The notes: generated by a model not told the origin, from the letters alone. A stretch of 62,370 bases of DNA, filler included, from 6 parts of 6 records of this genome joined end to end with filler, not necessarily neighbours in it; one strand, 5' to 3'. Counted from the first letter of the whole stretch, positions 9,944 through 21,117 are shown. Program-made: numbers and translations.

Positions 9944-10910
9944 TAACATAAAGAAAATTGTGATGTTTTCTTTTGCATATATCTATGCACTCTTAGTTTT
10001 AGTAACACCAACTCATTATGCAGTGACCATGCCTGGTGGTGTAACTAATCTCCAAGAAACATTTGATATAGAAGGTGTTTCCTCAGATGATCATTTTTAT
10101 TCAGTCCATGTATATGGGCAAGATCCAATTACTATTTTTCAATACTATTTATTAAAGCATAACGAGCAAGCTTCGATTGAAGAAATATCGCAAAGACAAG
10201 CAGATACATCACTGCTTGAAACATTTAAGCAAGGTCAAATATCGAAGGAATCTTCATATAAAACATCTATCATTAAAGCATATGAACTTGCTGCAATCGA
10301 AGATGATAGCATCTCTATTGAATATCAATATCATGGCTTGATTATTTATGATTTTCCAAGAAGAATTCATGACATAGACATTGGTGATGTAGTGATTGCA
10401 GTAGATGGACAACCAATCAATGACCTAAATTTTAGTGATTCTAAGGATTTAGCTTATCAAAGTGATGTCACTTATACGATTGAGAGTTCTGATGGCGATA
10501 GCTATACCTATCATTACACATATGAAGAAGGTGACGTACTATTTTGGTTTTTCCCATCCTATGAGATTATGGATGCCATACCATCTTTTGATTATGAGTC
10601 TCTTCATCTGATTGGTGGGTCAAGCGGTGGACTTATGCAAACCTTAAATATTTATGTAAGTTTAGTAAATCTAAACTTGAAAGATATCAAAATTGCTGGT
10701 ACAGGTACCATAGAAATGACTGGAGAAGTAGGGAGAATTGGTGGTATTAAACAAAAGATAATTACTGCGAATGACTATGGAATGGATGTATTTTTTATTC
10801 CACTATCACATGTGGAAGAAATAGAAAACTTAACATTTAGTTTCGAATTAGTACCTGTAGAAAACATTAATGAAGCGATAGAGTGGTTATATGAAAAAGC
10901 TGTTGCATAA
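9924..10910 (+). CDS. YlbL/SepM-like membrane-anchored Lon (S16) protease with PDZ-like domain
   Basis: N-terminal TM; IGGSSGGLM (catalytic Ser); IAGTGTI...VGRIGGIKQK (catalytic Lys). Confidence 0.82.
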   Translation: MKKFLSNNIKKIVMFSFAYIYALLVLVTPTHYAVTMPGGVTNLQETFDIEGVSSDDHFYSVHVYGQDPITIFQYYLLKHNEQASIEEISQRQADTSLLETFKQGQISKESSYKTSIIKAYELAAIEDDSISIEYQYHGLIIYDFPRRIHDIDIGDVVIAVDGQPINDLNFSDSKDLAYQSDVTYTIESSDGDSYTYHYTYEEGDVLFWFFPSYEIMDAIPSFDYESLHLIGGSSGGLMQTLNIYVSLVNLNLKDIKIAGTGTIEMTGEVGRIGGIKQKIITANDYGMDVFFIPLSHVEEIENLTFSFELVPVENINEAIEWLYEKAVA

Positions 10911-11277
10911 ATTATATATGGTGTGGAAAAAGTATTTAACGCTTAATAGAAGATTACACCTAAAAATCACAACCATAGACAACATAAAGTCTGTCATTTT
11001 TTCAATCTTGATGTCCAGCATAATCATGTTGATTCCGGTGTTGATAATTATCAATATGTTTATATATACTAAACTTATCGTTTTTCTATCGTTATGCATA
11101 CTTTTACTTGTATGTCTTTGGATCTATCTATATTACAAACTATATTTTTCATTGCTTAAAAACTATGAACCAACCATTGATGATTTAAACATTGGTCATA
11201 TATATTGGGTAGAAACATCTTTAATTAATGCAATCATCATTATCTTAGGCATTATCATTATCACAATCGTGACATAA
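10891..11277 (+). CDS. Hypothetical membrane protein (3 TM)
   Basis: Hydrophobic ORF overlapping the upstream gene within the operon. Confidence 0.7.
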   Translation: MKKLLHKLYMVWKKYLTLNRRLHLKITTIDNIKSVIFSILMSSIIMLIPVLIIINMFIYTKLIVFLSLCILLLVCLWIYLYYKLYFSLLKNYEPTIDDLNIGHIYWVETSLINAIIIILGIIIITIVT

Positions 11278-11287
11278 GGAGACTCAA

Positions 11288-11829
11288 ATGAACATAAAAA
11301 AATATTCAAACATCCATTAAGTATAGGTATTTTACTGATCCTTGGACTCATAGCGCTTGATCAGATAACCAAGCAAATCGCATATGCAAATCAAGATCAA
11401 CTGACAACGAATAAAGTTTTTATCAAGTATTTACTTGAGTTTTCATATACTGAAAACAGAGCAGCATCTCTTGGACTACTTGGTGATAATCCTTATAAAG
11501 ACCTTATTTTTGCAGGTATTACAGTGGTTGCATTGGGTGTTTTTGGTTATATGTTTAAAGATATAGATTTCAAGACGAAAAAGGTGTATAGTTTTTCCAT
11601 CATCTTTTTTATTGCTGGTACATTTGGAAATGCAATTGATAGACTTTTTAGAGGCTTTGTTGTCGACTTATTACATTTTCCATTTTTTGATTTTCTATCA
11701 AAGATAGGTTTATCCAATTTTGATAATAATATTGCAGATATACTATTAACGTTTGCGATTATATTATTTGCAATAGATTTATTCTTCTTTGAATCTAAGA
11801 GAAATAAGGAGATGCAAAAAAATGCATAA
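11288..11829 (+). CDS. lspA: Signal peptidase II (apparent 1-nt deletion in A7 run near the start)
   Basis: SD AAGGAG plus ATG 11288; restored MNIKKIFKHP...ALDQITK; ENRAAS, GNAIDRL, VVD, NIAD; directly upstream of rluD. Confidence 0.88.
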
Positions 11830-12736
11830 ATACACGATTAAAGAAGAAGATAGCAATCAACGCTTAGATCTTTATTTAAGTGAGGAAGTTTTTAAAGATA
11901 AATCACGATCATATATTCAGACACAAATAAAAAAAGGCATCATTAAAGTTAATGATACCCTTGTAAAAACCGGATACATGTTAAAACAAGATGATGTGTT
12001 AACAATTGAAGATATAGTTGTAGAAAAACTTGATTTAACACCTGTTAATCTTCATCTAGATATTGTATATCAAGATGATGACTTAGCAGTGATCAATAAA
12101 CCACAAGGTTTAGTTGTTCATCCTGCTTCAAGCTATAAAGGTGTCACATTAGTGCACGGTTTATTACATCAAATCAAAAACTTAAGTGATATAAATGGTA
12201 TCATTAGACCTGGTATCGTCCATCGTATTGATAAAGATACAAGTGGTCTTTTGGTTATTGCAAAAAATGATCAGACACACCAATTATTAAGCAATATGCT
12301 AAAAGCACATGAAATCAAAAGAACTTATTTAGCAGTTGTTTATAAGCCTTTTAGTGAAACTAAAGCTGTGATAAATGCACCGATAGGCAGATCACCTAAA
12401 CATAGAATTAAGATGGCAATTGTAAATGATGGACGTCCGGCAGTGACGCATTTTGAGGTTCTTGACCAAAATGATGATTTCGCTCTTGTTAGATGCGAAT
12501 TAGAAACTGGTCGTACGCATCAAATCCGTGTGCATATGGCGTATATTAACCATCCAATAGTTGGTGATCCAATCTATGGACCAAAAAAAGTTTATGGAAA
12601 TACTGGTCAATATCTGCATGCTTATCAATTAGCATTTATGCACCCCATAAAAAAAGAGTATATGACATTTCATGTCGATATACCCGAAGAGTTTAAAAAA
12701 CTTTTAAAACAGATTAAAATAGATTTTGTTTTGTAA
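11822..12736 (+). CDS. rluD: RluA-family 23S rRNA pseudouridine synthase with S4 domain
   Basis: RLD, RPGIVHRIDKDTSG, LETGRTHQIRVH, LHA. Confidence 0.92.
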   Translation: MHKYTIKEEDSNQRLDLYLSEEVFKDKSRSYIQTQIKKGIIKVNDTLVKTGYMLKQDDVLTIEDIVVEKLDLTPVNLHLDIVYQDDDLAVINKPQGLVVHPASSYKGVTLVHGLLHQIKNLSDINGIIRPGIVHRIDKDTSGLLVIAKNDQTHQLLSNMLKAHEIKRTYLAVVYKPFSETKAVINAPIGRSPKHRIKMAIVNDGRPAVTHFEVLDQNDDFALVRCELETGRTHQIRVHMAYINHPIVGDPIYGPKKVYGNTGQYLHAYQLAFMHPIKKEYMTFHVDIPEEFKKLLKQIKIDFVL

Positions 12737-13571
12737 TGTTTTTGAAATTCATTTTAGCGATTGATGGCATGTTTTTAAGACCAATTTTATTATAAATCTC
12801 AACAACTTGTGCATCAACTTCTTTACTTGCACCTTTTAATAATGTGACACCATATTTTTTACTATATTGATTCATTTTCACTAAATATGCATATCTTGCA
12901 ATAATAGAAGCAGCAGCAACACTTAAGTGAACTTGCTCAGCTTTTGTGTGAAACTCAAGATCTCTATAGATTTCAGTTTCGTCTTTTAAATAGTTAAAAT
13001 ATAGTTGTGGTGTACAAAATTGATCAACAATTACTGGTACTTGTCGTTGCATTTTCTCAAATGTTTTGACAATAGCTTGATTGTGGAGTAGTGCTTTGAT
13101 TTTATTTAAATTATAGCCTTGAGAAATCAATTTGTTATATTTTTGTGGTGATAAAATAATTAATGAATGCATAAGCATCTTTGCAAGTTTTGGTCCTAGT
13201 TGAATAATCTTTTTATCACTAATGTTTTTTGAATCTCTTACACCAAGTTCTTCAAGTTTAGGAATGTCATCTTTTGAAGCATATGCAGCACAAACAACAA
13301 TAGGTCCAAAGACATCGCCAGTACCTACTTCATCTGAACCAGTTGCTTCATAGTCTTCACGACCAAGAATTTTTTTAAGCACAACAATAACGTGTGTTAT
13401 TTCTTTTCCTTGAAGTACAACTTTTCCTGTTTTATAACCAAAAATGTTTGTATCATTATATCTTACATGAAAATCTAAATATGGATTGTCAGTTGTGATA
13501 CAATGGTCTTGGAAAGTTTTATGTAATTTTTGTAACTCTTCATTACTTACAGATAATGTATAATGTTTCAT
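12714..13571 (-). CDS. rnhC: Ribonuclease HIII
   Basis: N-terminal YKTGKVVLQG domain; GSDEVGTGDVFGP, VRDSK, VDQF, SVAAASIIAR. Confidence 0.93.
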   Translation of the reverse strand: MKHYTLSVSNEELQKLHKTFQDHCITTDNPYLDFHVRYNDTNIFGYKTGKVVLQGKEITHVIVVLKKILGREDYEATGSDEVGTGDVFGPIVVCAAYASKDDIPKLEELGVRDSKNISDKKIIQLGPKLAKMLMHSLIILSPQKYNKLISQGYNLNKIKALLHNQAIVKTFEKMQRQVPVIVDQFCTPQLYFNYLKDETEIYRDLEFHTKAEQVHLSVAAASIIARYAYLVKMNQYSKKYGVTLLKGASKEVDAQVVEIYNKIGLKNMPSIAKMNFKNITKQNLF

Positions 13572-13628
13572 AACTTACTCCTTCAAGAATTATTATACCA
13601 TATTTTTACCTAAAAAGGGGATTTCTAT

Positions 13629-15953
13629 ATGCAGTTTATGACAAAAACTTTAGAATTTAATGATATATTCCAACACGTTGCAAATTTGACGCACACTGCA
13701 TCATCAAAAGCAATGGTTGAAAATTTAAAACCAAAAACAAATTTAACAGACGTTTCACAAAATTTAAGTGAAACAGATGATATGCTGCGTATCATATTAA
13801 GAGGTAGCTATTTTCCTTTTATTGATGATTTTGATATTGTTCAATTGTTTCATTATGGTGAGAAACAATTAAGCTATTCTCTATATGAACTGATGCAAAT
13901 AAGACTTTTTTTAAGTATGGAAAAAGATATAGTTTCCTATGTGAAAGAACTTAAGAAAATAAACATTGATTTTGGCTTTATGATGCCATACATTAAAAAA
14001 ATTAAGAGTCACTACCACTTATATGAACGATTAAATCAAGTGATGGATACTGAAGGTTTAATTAAAGATGATGCAACACCTCGAATCGCACAAATAAGAA
14101 AACAATTATCACGCTATGACAGACAACTTCAAGAAAAACTACAGCAATTAGTTAAGCAATATCATCAGTCGCTATCAGATCATGTGATTGTCATGCGTAA
14201 TGAACGTTTTTGTTTATGTGTAAAAGAAGGTTTTAAGCATAAAATCAAAGGTGTCACTCACGATATATCCGCATCTGGTCAAACCGTTTATATTGAGCCA
14301 GAACAAACCAGACAAATAACTGCAAATATGGAATCACTTAAAGCAGAAGAAAAAAATGAAATACACACATTATTAAAGGCATTAAGTGATGAAATTCAAC
14401 AAGATGAAGCATCATTAAACATTAATCTAGATACATTTGTTGATATAGATTTTATACAAGCTAAAGCCTTATATGCAAGACAATTAAATGGCATTAAACC
14501 AAAAATAAATAAGGATGGGATTACTTCACTGGTAAAAGCGAAACATCCACTACTTGACCAACAAACTGCTGTTCCCATTAGTCTGAAAATTGATCAAGTT
14601 TATAAAATATTATTAATCACCGGACCAAATACAGGTGGTAAAACAGTGGCATTAAAAACACTAGGACTCCTAACTTTGATGGTTCAATCAGGTATGTTGA
14701 TACCTGCACATGAGACTTCAGAAGTTGCTGTATTTGATCAAATATTTGCAGACATAGGTGATGAACAATCCATTGAACAATCTCTTTCAACATTTTCATC
14801 TCATTTAACAAAAATTATTGATATGTTAAATCAAGTCACAAAAAACACCCTAATTATATTAGATGAAATAGGTAGTGGTACAGATCCGCATGAAGGGGTA
14901 TCACTTGCAATCGCGATGCTAAATGCATTTAGAACACATGATGTTAGAATGCTTGTGACAACACATTATGCTGAATTAAAACATTATGCATTTGAGCAAT
15001 CTGATATTCAAACTGCGAGTGTTGCTTTTGATGAAGAATCATTAAAACCACTTTATTACATCCAAATGGGTATGACAGGTTCCTCTCAAGCATTTCATAT
15101 TGCGCAAAAATTAGGATTGAGCGAACACATTATTCATGATGCAAAACATATATATCGTAATAAGCAAACAGATGTTGCAAAAATGATGGAAAAACTTAAT
15201 CGTCTCATGCAAGAAAACGAAGACAAAAACAAACTATTATCAGATCAAAATAAACAATTAACATCACGTATCGAATCTTATGATAAAATGCGTCATGATT
15301 TCTTAAAAGAACAAGATAAAATCATAGAAAATATTAAATCAAGTGAAATGAAAAAATGGCAACAACTCCAAGAAGAAGCAAGAGATGTCATCAAACAACT
15401 TGAGCATAAAAATGAGTTATCAAAACCTGAATCTGCTACATATAAGCATAAGCTTAATCAAAACCCAGATTCAAAAGGTATAGAAATCTTTGAAAATGAA
15501 CTTAAAAAAGGTGATTTTGTCTATATCAAAGATTATCAGCAATATGGAACAATTACAAAAGTCAAACAAGATAAATATATTGTTAAGTTTGGGCATTTCG
15601 AATTGACATTTAAAAAACATGATTTAGTCAAAGACAAAGCACCAACCAAAAAACCAAAAACAATCGCAAAAACAAGACGCGTTAAAACCAAAGATTTACC
15701 TCAAAAACAGGGTTCAATGCGTTTAGATTTAAGAGGATATCGTTATGAGGATGTCTATGAAGCACTCGATCAAGCATTAGATCAAGCACTTTATAACGGA
15801 CTTCACGAAATTACAGTCATTCATGGCTTCGGTACGGGTGCAGTTAAAAATGCAGTGTATGCATTTATGAAGTCATCTTCTCTCATAAAATCACATCGTT
15901 TTGGTGGTGAAGGAGAAGGTTTAAACGGGGTTACGATTATTACATTAAAATAG
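13629..15953 (+). CDS. mutS2: Endonuclease MutS2
   Basis: ITGPNTGGKT, IGDEQSIEQSLSTFSSH, DEIGSGTDP, C-terminal Smr domain LDLRG...IHGFGTG. Confidence 0.95.
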   Translation: MQFMTKTLEFNDIFQHVANLTHTASSKAMVENLKPKTNLTDVSQNLSETDDMLRIILRGSYFPFIDDFDIVQLFHYGEKQLSYSLYELMQIRLFLSMEKDIVSYVKELKKINIDFGFMMPYIKKIKSHYHLYERLNQVMDTEGLIKDDATPRIAQIRKQLSRYDRQLQEKLQQLVKQYHQSLSDHVIVMRNERFCLCVKEGFKHKIKGVTHDISASGQTVYIEPEQTRQITANMESLKAEEKNEIHTLLKALSDEIQQDEASLNINLDTFVDIDFIQAKALYARQLNGIKPKINKDGITSLVKAKHPLLDQQTAVPISLKIDQVYKILLITGPNTGGKTVALKTLGLLTLMVQSGMLIPAHETSEVAVFDQIFADIGDEQSIEQSLSTFSSHLTKIIDMLNQVTKNTLIILDEIGSGTDPHEGVSLAIAMLNAFRTHDVRMLVTTHYAELKHYAFEQSDIQTASVAFDEESLKPLYYIQMGMTGSSQAFHIAQKLGLSEHIIHDAKHIYRNKQTDVAKMMEKLNRLMQENEDKNKLLSDQNKQLTSRIESYDKMRHDFLKEQDKIIENIKSSEMKKWQQLQEEARDVIKQLEHKNELSKPESATYKHKLNQNPDSKGIEIFENELKKGDFVYIKDYQQYGTITKVKQDKYIVKFGHFELTFKKHDLVKDKAPTKKPKTIAKTRRVKTKDLPQKQGSMRLDLRGYRYEDVYEALDQALDQALYNGLHEITVIHGFGTGAVKNAVYAFMKSSSLIKSHRFGGEGEGLNGVTIITLK

Positions 15954-16028
15954 AGCAAGCGTCTTGAATTATTTATAAAATAGTATATAATGTAAGTGAA
16001 GAAATTATTAAGAAATGAGGAATTTTTA

Positions 16029-16343
16029 ATGAGTATGGCAGAATATCAAGGTCAACCATATGAACAAGTGGTCGGTCGTCAAGGTTTAGTTGTTGTTCAA
16101 TATTACGCGACATGGTGTGGTCCATGTAAAATGTTAAAACCAGTTTTAGAAGCATTAAGCGACGAAATGTCTGAAGTAGGCTTCTCAAGAGTTGACATTG
16201 ACTTATACAGAGATCAAGCAATTGAAGCGGGCATTCGCTCAGTACCAACTGTTGTTGTATACAAAGATGGTGTTGAAGTTGATCGTCAAAGTGGTTACCA
16301 ACCTAAAGAACGTGTAGCTGCTTGGTTAAATCAATACGCTTAA
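16029..16343 (+). CDS. trxA: Thioredoxin
   Basis: WCGPC; SD GAGG before ATG 16029. Confidence 0.93.
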   Translation: MSMAEYQGQPYEQVVGRQGLVVVQYYATWCGPCKMLKPVLEALSDEMSEVGFSRVDIDLYRDQAIEAGIRSVPTVVVYKDGVEVDRQSGYQPKERVAAWLNQYA

Positions 16344-16350
16344 TATAAAG

Positions 16351-16372
16351 AAAGCACTTAAGTGCTTTTTTT
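16351..16372 (+). terminator. Intrinsic terminator after trxA
   Basis: AAAGCAC-TTAA-GTGCTTT followed by T-tract. Confidence 0.75.
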
Positions 16373-16410
16373 ATTTGCACATATTTTGATATAATGATTG
16401 TGGTGATGAT

Positions 16411-17256
16411 ATGAACGGATTTATTTTAATAGATAAAACACCAGGTATGACTAGTCATGACGTGGTTGCAAAAATAAAAAGAAAACTAAATATTAAAAAA
16501 GTAGGACACACAGGGACACTTGATCCATTTGCAAGTGGACTTTTGATTATATGTGTTGGAAAAGCAACAAAACTAGCATCACTTTTTTCAAATTTAGATA
16601 AATCTTATGAAGGTGTCATCAAATTTTTTAAGCATTATGACACATATGATGTCACTGGCACTGTTTTAGAAGAGAAATACGTTGCCTTAAATCAAAAACA
16701 ATTAGATGATCTTGCACATGATTTTATAGGCACATATGATCAATTGCCACCCATGTATTCTGCAATTAAAATAGATGGTATGAAATTATACGATTTAGCA
16801 AGACAAGGAAAAGATATTGATCGACCTAAAAGACAAGTACACATCAAGTCGTTTAAAATTGGACACATACATGATGATGAATTGTACTTTGAAACACGTG
16901 TATCAAAAGGTACATACATAAGAAGTCTGGCTGTTGATTATGCAAAAGGATTAAATACATTTGCTGCACTTAAAACACTAAGAAGAACATGTGTTGGCAC
17001 TTATGATATAAAAGATGCAAAAACAGTTGATGATATTTGTGAATCAGATGTATTGACACTTGAACAGTATTTTAAGGACTATCCGAAGTTGAAATTAAGT
17101 GATTACTTGATTCATCTTGTTAAAAATGGTGTATATTTAGACGATCGCCAAATCAAAACAGATAAAAATTTTATTGTTGTCAATCAGCAAGATAAAATGG
17201 TTGCATACTACGAAGTTGTTGATACTTATAAATATAAGCCAGTACTCATTTTTTAA
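16411..17256 (+). CDS. truB: tRNA pseudouridine(55) synthase
   Basis: KVGHTGTLDPFASG, PPMYSAIK, SKGTYIRSL. Confidence 0.96.
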   Translation: MNGFILIDKTPGMTSHDVVAKIKRKLNIKKVGHTGTLDPFASGLLIICVGKATKLASLFSNLDKSYEGVIKFFKHYDTYDVTGTVLEEKYVALNQKQLDDLAHDFIGTYDQLPPMYSAIKIDGMKLYDLARQGKDIDRPKRQVHIKSFKIGHIHDDELYFETRVSKGTYIRSLAVDYAKGLNTFAALKTLRRTCVGTYDIKDAKTVDDICESDVLTLEQYFKDYPKLKLSDYLIHLVKNGVYLDDRQIKTDKNFIVVNQQDKMVAYYEVVDTYKYKPVLIF

Positions 17257-17267
17257 GGAGAAAACAT

Positions 17268-18158
17268 ATGAAAGTTATATATGATGATTATAAAGAAATA
17301 AAAAATCAAAAACAATTAACAATAACACTTGGGAACTTTGATGGTTTTCATATTGGACATCAAAGGCTTGTTGAACGTGTGATGAGTTATGATGATACTG
17401 CACATGCAGTGATGACATTTGATCCGCATCCTTCTGAAGTGCTCGGAAGACAAAATTTTTATGTATTATCAAAAAGAGAAGATAAAGAAAAATATATTGC
17501 TTCCTTTGATCTAGATTTTTTATTCATTGTGAAATTCACACAGGAATTATCAAAATTATCAGTTGATGAATTCATTAATTTTTTAAAATCAATTAATGTT
17601 AAACGTATAGTTGTTGGTAAAGATGCACGTTTTGCATATCGAGGTCAAGGAACAATTAATGATTTAAAAAAATACTTTTTCGTGGATGTGCTTGATGATT
17701 ATCTATATGAACAAATGAGAGTATCTACAACATATATCAAAGATTTCATTAGACAAGGCGAACTGATGGAAGCAAGAAAACTATTAAACAAGCCCTATGA
17801 AATTTCTGGTAATGTTGTTTATGGCAATCAAATTGGTAAGGATTTAGGATTTCCAACAGCAAATATAGATTATGAAAATTATTTATTACCGAAAACGGGT
17901 GTATATTTTGTGCAACTCATCATTGATGGTGCAAAATATCCAGGTATTGCAAATATTGGGTACAACCCAACTTTAAATTATAGTCAAACAAAAAAATTAG
18001 AAGTCTTTATTTTGGATTTTCATGGTGATATTTATCATAAAGATGTTAGAGTAACTTTTGAATACTACATCAGAGATGAGAAAAAATTTAACAGTCGTGA
18101 CGAATTAATTCGACAAATCAAAAAAGATGAAACTGAAGCTAGAAAACTCATGGGATAG
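17268..18158 (+). CDS. ribF: Bifunctional riboflavin kinase / FAD synthetase
   Basis: GNFDGFHIGH, FDPHP, LGFPTAN, NIGYNPT. Confidence 0.95.
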   Translation: MKVIYDDYKEIKNQKQLTITLGNFDGFHIGHQRLVERVMSYDDTAHAVMTFDPHPSEVLGRQNFYVLSKREDKEKYIASFDLDFLFIVKFTQELSKLSVDEFINFLKSINVKRIVVGKDARFAYRGQGTINDLKKYFFVDVLDDYLYEQMRVSTTYIKDFIRQGELMEARKLLNKPYEISGNVVYGNQIGKDLGFPTANIDYENYLLPKTGVYFVQLIIDGAKYPGIANIGYNPTLNYSQTKKLEVFILDFHGDIYHKDVRVTFEYYIRDEKKFNSRDELIRQIKKDETEARKLMG

Positions 18159-18208
18159 ATTTATATTTATAAAGCAAACATGGTATAATAGGGTTATCAA
18201 GGGGTGAT

Positions 18209-18535
18209 ATGATGAAACTAATTGTCGCAATTGTATCAAGTGATGATGCAAATAAAGTGCAAAAAGCATTAGTGAAAGAAAGATTTTTTTCTACAAGACT
18301 TTCCACATCAGGTGGATTTCTAAGATCTGGGAATGTCACATTTATGATTGGAATCAATGATGAAAAAGTACCTAAAGCTTTAGAGATTATTGAAGCACAT
18401 AGTAAAAAAAGAGCAAAATTAGTTCCAAATACCATTGTTAATGAATTTGGTTCATTTACTGCACTGCCTATTGAAGTAGAAGTAGGTGGCGCAACCGTAT
18501 TTGTCATCAACGTTGAACAATTTATTAAAGTTTAA
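18209..18535 (+). CDS. darA: Cyclic-di-AMP receptor, PII-like DarA/PstA family
   Basis: KLIVAIV, TRLSTSGGFLRSGNVTFMIG, VGGATVFV. Confidence 0.88.
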   Translation: MMKLIVAIVSSDDANKVQKALVKERFFSTRLSTSGGFLRSGNVTFMIGINDEKVPKALEIIEAHSKKRAKLVPNTIVNEFGSFTALPIEVEVGGATVFVINVEQFIKV

Positions 18536-18545
18536 TGATAAATAC

Positions 18546-18573
18546 TTGCAAATATTTTTAAAAATGATATAAT
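18546..18573 (+). promoter_or_regulatory. Sigma-A promoter of rpsO
   Basis: TTGCAA-N16-TATAAT with extended TG. Confidence 0.65.
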
Positions 18574-18580
18574 AATCAAG

Positions 18581-18625
18581 GCGGTAACAAGGTATTCGGA
18601 TAGCCGACCAATACTTTAGTTATGC
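18581..18625 (+). promoter_or_regulatory. Putative S15 autoregulatory leader RNA
   Basis: Nested stems TAAC/GTTA, GGTATT/AATACT and CGG/CCG just before the rpsO SD; S15 leaders are known in Firmicutes. Confidence 0.55.
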
Positions 18626-18642
18626 GAGAAAGGATAATAATT

Positions 18643-18912
18643 ATGGCAATTACAAAACAAAAGAAACAAGAAATCATCAAAGCATATGCAACAAAAGATG
18701 GTGACACAGGATCTCCTGAAGTACAAGTAGCAGTTTTAACAGCTGAGATTAACTCATTAAATGCTCACTTACAAGTACATATTCATGATTTCCATTCACG
18801 TCGTGGTTTATATAAGATGATTGGTCAAAGACGTCGTTTACTAAACTATTTACGTAACAATGATGTAAATCGTTATCAAACATTAATTGAAAAATTAGGA
18901 TTACGTCGATAA
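18643..18912 (+). CDS. rpsO: 30S ribosomal protein S15
   Basis: [29 protein letters not shown]. Confidence 0.98.
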   Translation: MAITKQKKQEIIKAYATKDGDTGSPEVQVAVLTAEINSLNAHLQVHIHDFHSRRGLYKMIGQRRRLLNYLRNNDVNRYQTLIEKLGLRR

Positions 18913-18938
18913 AAAGATTGCTAAGCAATCTTTTTTTT
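18911..18938 (+). terminator. Intrinsic terminator after rpsO
   Basis: AAAAAGATTGC-TAA-GCAATCTTTTTTTT. Confidence 0.85.
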
Positions 18939-19046
18939 GCGTAAAAACATTTACATTTTCATATTATTGAATAATAGATGAAATTTATGCAATAATTTGA
19001 TATAATCTATTTACTATGTAAATAATATGTAAAAGAAGGTATTAAA

Positions 19047-20957
19047 ATGGAAAAAAACAAACCGCAAATACTCATTAAACTTTATCTCATCGTTTTTTCT
19101 ATCATTGCGTTTCTTGAAATTGTTTTTAGATTTAGTATTATTAAAACAATTAAGCTAGAAGATTTATTTAGAATATTTTTATTCGTGAATGCTTACACAA
19201 TGATCATTGTGTTTATGATAAGGTTATTACCGCGAAAAATAATGAGAGGTGCCACGTTTGCAATTATACTTGCGATTATTGCATTCTACTTTTCGCAAGA
19301 TTTATATTATAGAGTCTTAAAAGGATTCTTCTCATTTTCATTAATTGGTGATGCACATGCTGGGTTTGCATTTATAGGTAAAGTATTTAAAAATATAACT
19401 TGGATACATATTTTATATGGATTGCCGATGGCATTATTGATTACATATTTTGTAAAATACAAGAAGACATTGATTCCAAAAAGATTCATATTTTTTGTTT
19501 CTACTAAAGATTTTATTGTATCCATACTATTAGTAGTATCGATATTTGGTGTTGCAGTATATTCAATTCCAAAGACTAATGATTTTGTTATTGATTCACC
19601 TTACGCATACTCATCTTATGATATATATGTAGAAAATCCGAGTGCTTTTCAAACCATTAATAAATTTGGCGTACTGACTTATTTGCAAAGAGATATTATC
19701 ACAACGATTAGTCACTCAGAAAACATTGAGACAATGGAAGAATCAATTGATGCTTATCTTGATACAAAAGTTGAGCATGAAGATAATGATTACACCGGCT
19801 ATTTTGAAGGTAAAAACTTCATTTTAATTATGGCAGAATCTTTTGATACTTATGCAATTGATCCTATACTAACACCTAATATTTATGCGATGCAACAAAA
19901 CAGTTGGAATTTCACCAATTATTATTCACCATTATATTTTAGAAATACAGCAGATACTGAGTTTATGGCACAAACTGGTTTGTATGCACACAAAAGTGTA
20001 AACTTAACCATGGAAACTTTTAAAGAAAATACATTTAATAATACAATGCCAAAATTATTTGGTGCTGAGGGGTATGGATCTTATTCATTCCATAATTATA
20101 CAGATTATTTTTATCCACGTTCTGAATTTCATCCAATGACACTTGGTTATGATGAGTACTATGGCGCAATAGAATTAGGTTTACTTGATGAAGATTATTC
20201 GCCTTTATTACATCACGAATGGCAAAGTGATGTTGATCTTGTGAACAATGCGATGGATATTTTAGTTGATAAAGATGAACCTTTCTTTACGTATATGCTT
20301 ACAGTTTCTGGTCATTTACCTTATAGTGATAATCATCCAATTGCAAGCAAAAATGTAGAAACTGTCACACAGCTGATGGTAGATGCAGGTATGGAATTAC
20401 CTATTGATGATTTTATTTATTATCATGCAGCTAATTATGAATTAGACTTAGCGATTGGTGCATTACTTGATCGCCTAGAAGCAGAAGGCATGGCAGAAGA
20501 CACAGTGATCATGTTATATGGTGATCATTATGCATATGGTATTGACCAAGATGATATTGCAGATTATGATGATACGAAGAGCCTAGATAACTCATTATCA
20601 TTCCAACGCGTACCGATGATGATATATAACCCTGGCATAGAAGCACAAGATAAAGAAGAAATATTTGCATCAATAGATATTATGCCTACCATATCAAATT
20701 TATTTAATTTAGATATTGATTATGGTCAAGTTTTTGGAAAAGATATATTTAGCAACCAAGAAAATAGTGTATTATTCTCTAATGGTTCAATGATTACGAA
20801 TAAATTTATGTATAATCTTGAAAAAGATGAAATTACGTTATTTGATGAAAATTATTCATTTGATGAAGCGACAGTGCTTATCAATGAATATATTTACCGC
20901 ATGAAAATTAATCAGTGGATATTAGAAGTTGATTATTTTAGTGAAGATGACGCATAA
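19047..20957 (+). CDS. LTA synthase (LtaS/MdoB)-family membrane sulfatase-fold protein
   Basis: About 5 N-terminal TMs; IMAES, TADTEF (catalytic Thr), TVSGHLPY, YGDH. Confidence 0.88.
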   Translation: MEKNKPQILIKLYLIVFSIIAFLEIVFRFSIIKTIKLEDLFRIFLFVNAYTMIIVFMIRLLPRKIMRGATFAIILAIIAFYFSQDLYYRVLKGFFSFSLIGDAHAGFAFIGKVFKNITWIHILYGLPMALLITYFVKYKKTLIPKRFIFFVSTKDFIVSILLVVSIFGVAVYSIPKTNDFVIDSPYAYSSYDIYVENPSAFQTINKFGVLTYLQRDIITTISHSENIETMEESIDAYLDTKVEHEDNDYTGYFEGKNFILIMAESFDTYAIDPILTPNIYAMQQNSWNFTNYYSPLYFRNTADTEFMAQTGLYAHKSVNLTMETFKENTFNNTMPKLFGAEGYGSYSFHNYTDYFYPRSEFHPMTLGYDEYYGAIELGLLDEDYSPLLHHEWQSDVDLVNNAMDILVDKDEPFFTYMLTVSGHLPYSDNHPIASKNVETVTQLMVDAGMELPIDDFIYYHAANYELDLAIGALLDRLEAEGMAEDTVIMLYGDHYAYGIDQDDIADYDDTKSLDNSLSFQRVPMMIYNPGIEAQDKEEIFASIDIMPTISNLFNLDIDYGQVFGKDIFSNQENSVLFSNGSMITNKFMYNLEKDEITLFDENYSFDEATVLINEYIYRMKINQWILEVDYFSEDDA

Positions 20958-20966
20958 ATGATGATT

Positions 20967-20994
20967 GGATATGCAAATATTGCATATCCTTTTT
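20967..20994 (+). terminator. Intrinsic terminator
   Basis: GGATATGCAA-ATA-TTGCATATCC-TTTTT. Confidence 0.75.
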
Positions 20995-21117
20995 ATATGA
21001 TGTGATTTATGCTAAAAATCATAGATTTAAACGACAAATCAACAATTTTATGGTATGATAATAAAGGCTATAATAAAAGAAAAAATATATATAGATATAA
21101 AATGAAGGAGATTTTAT

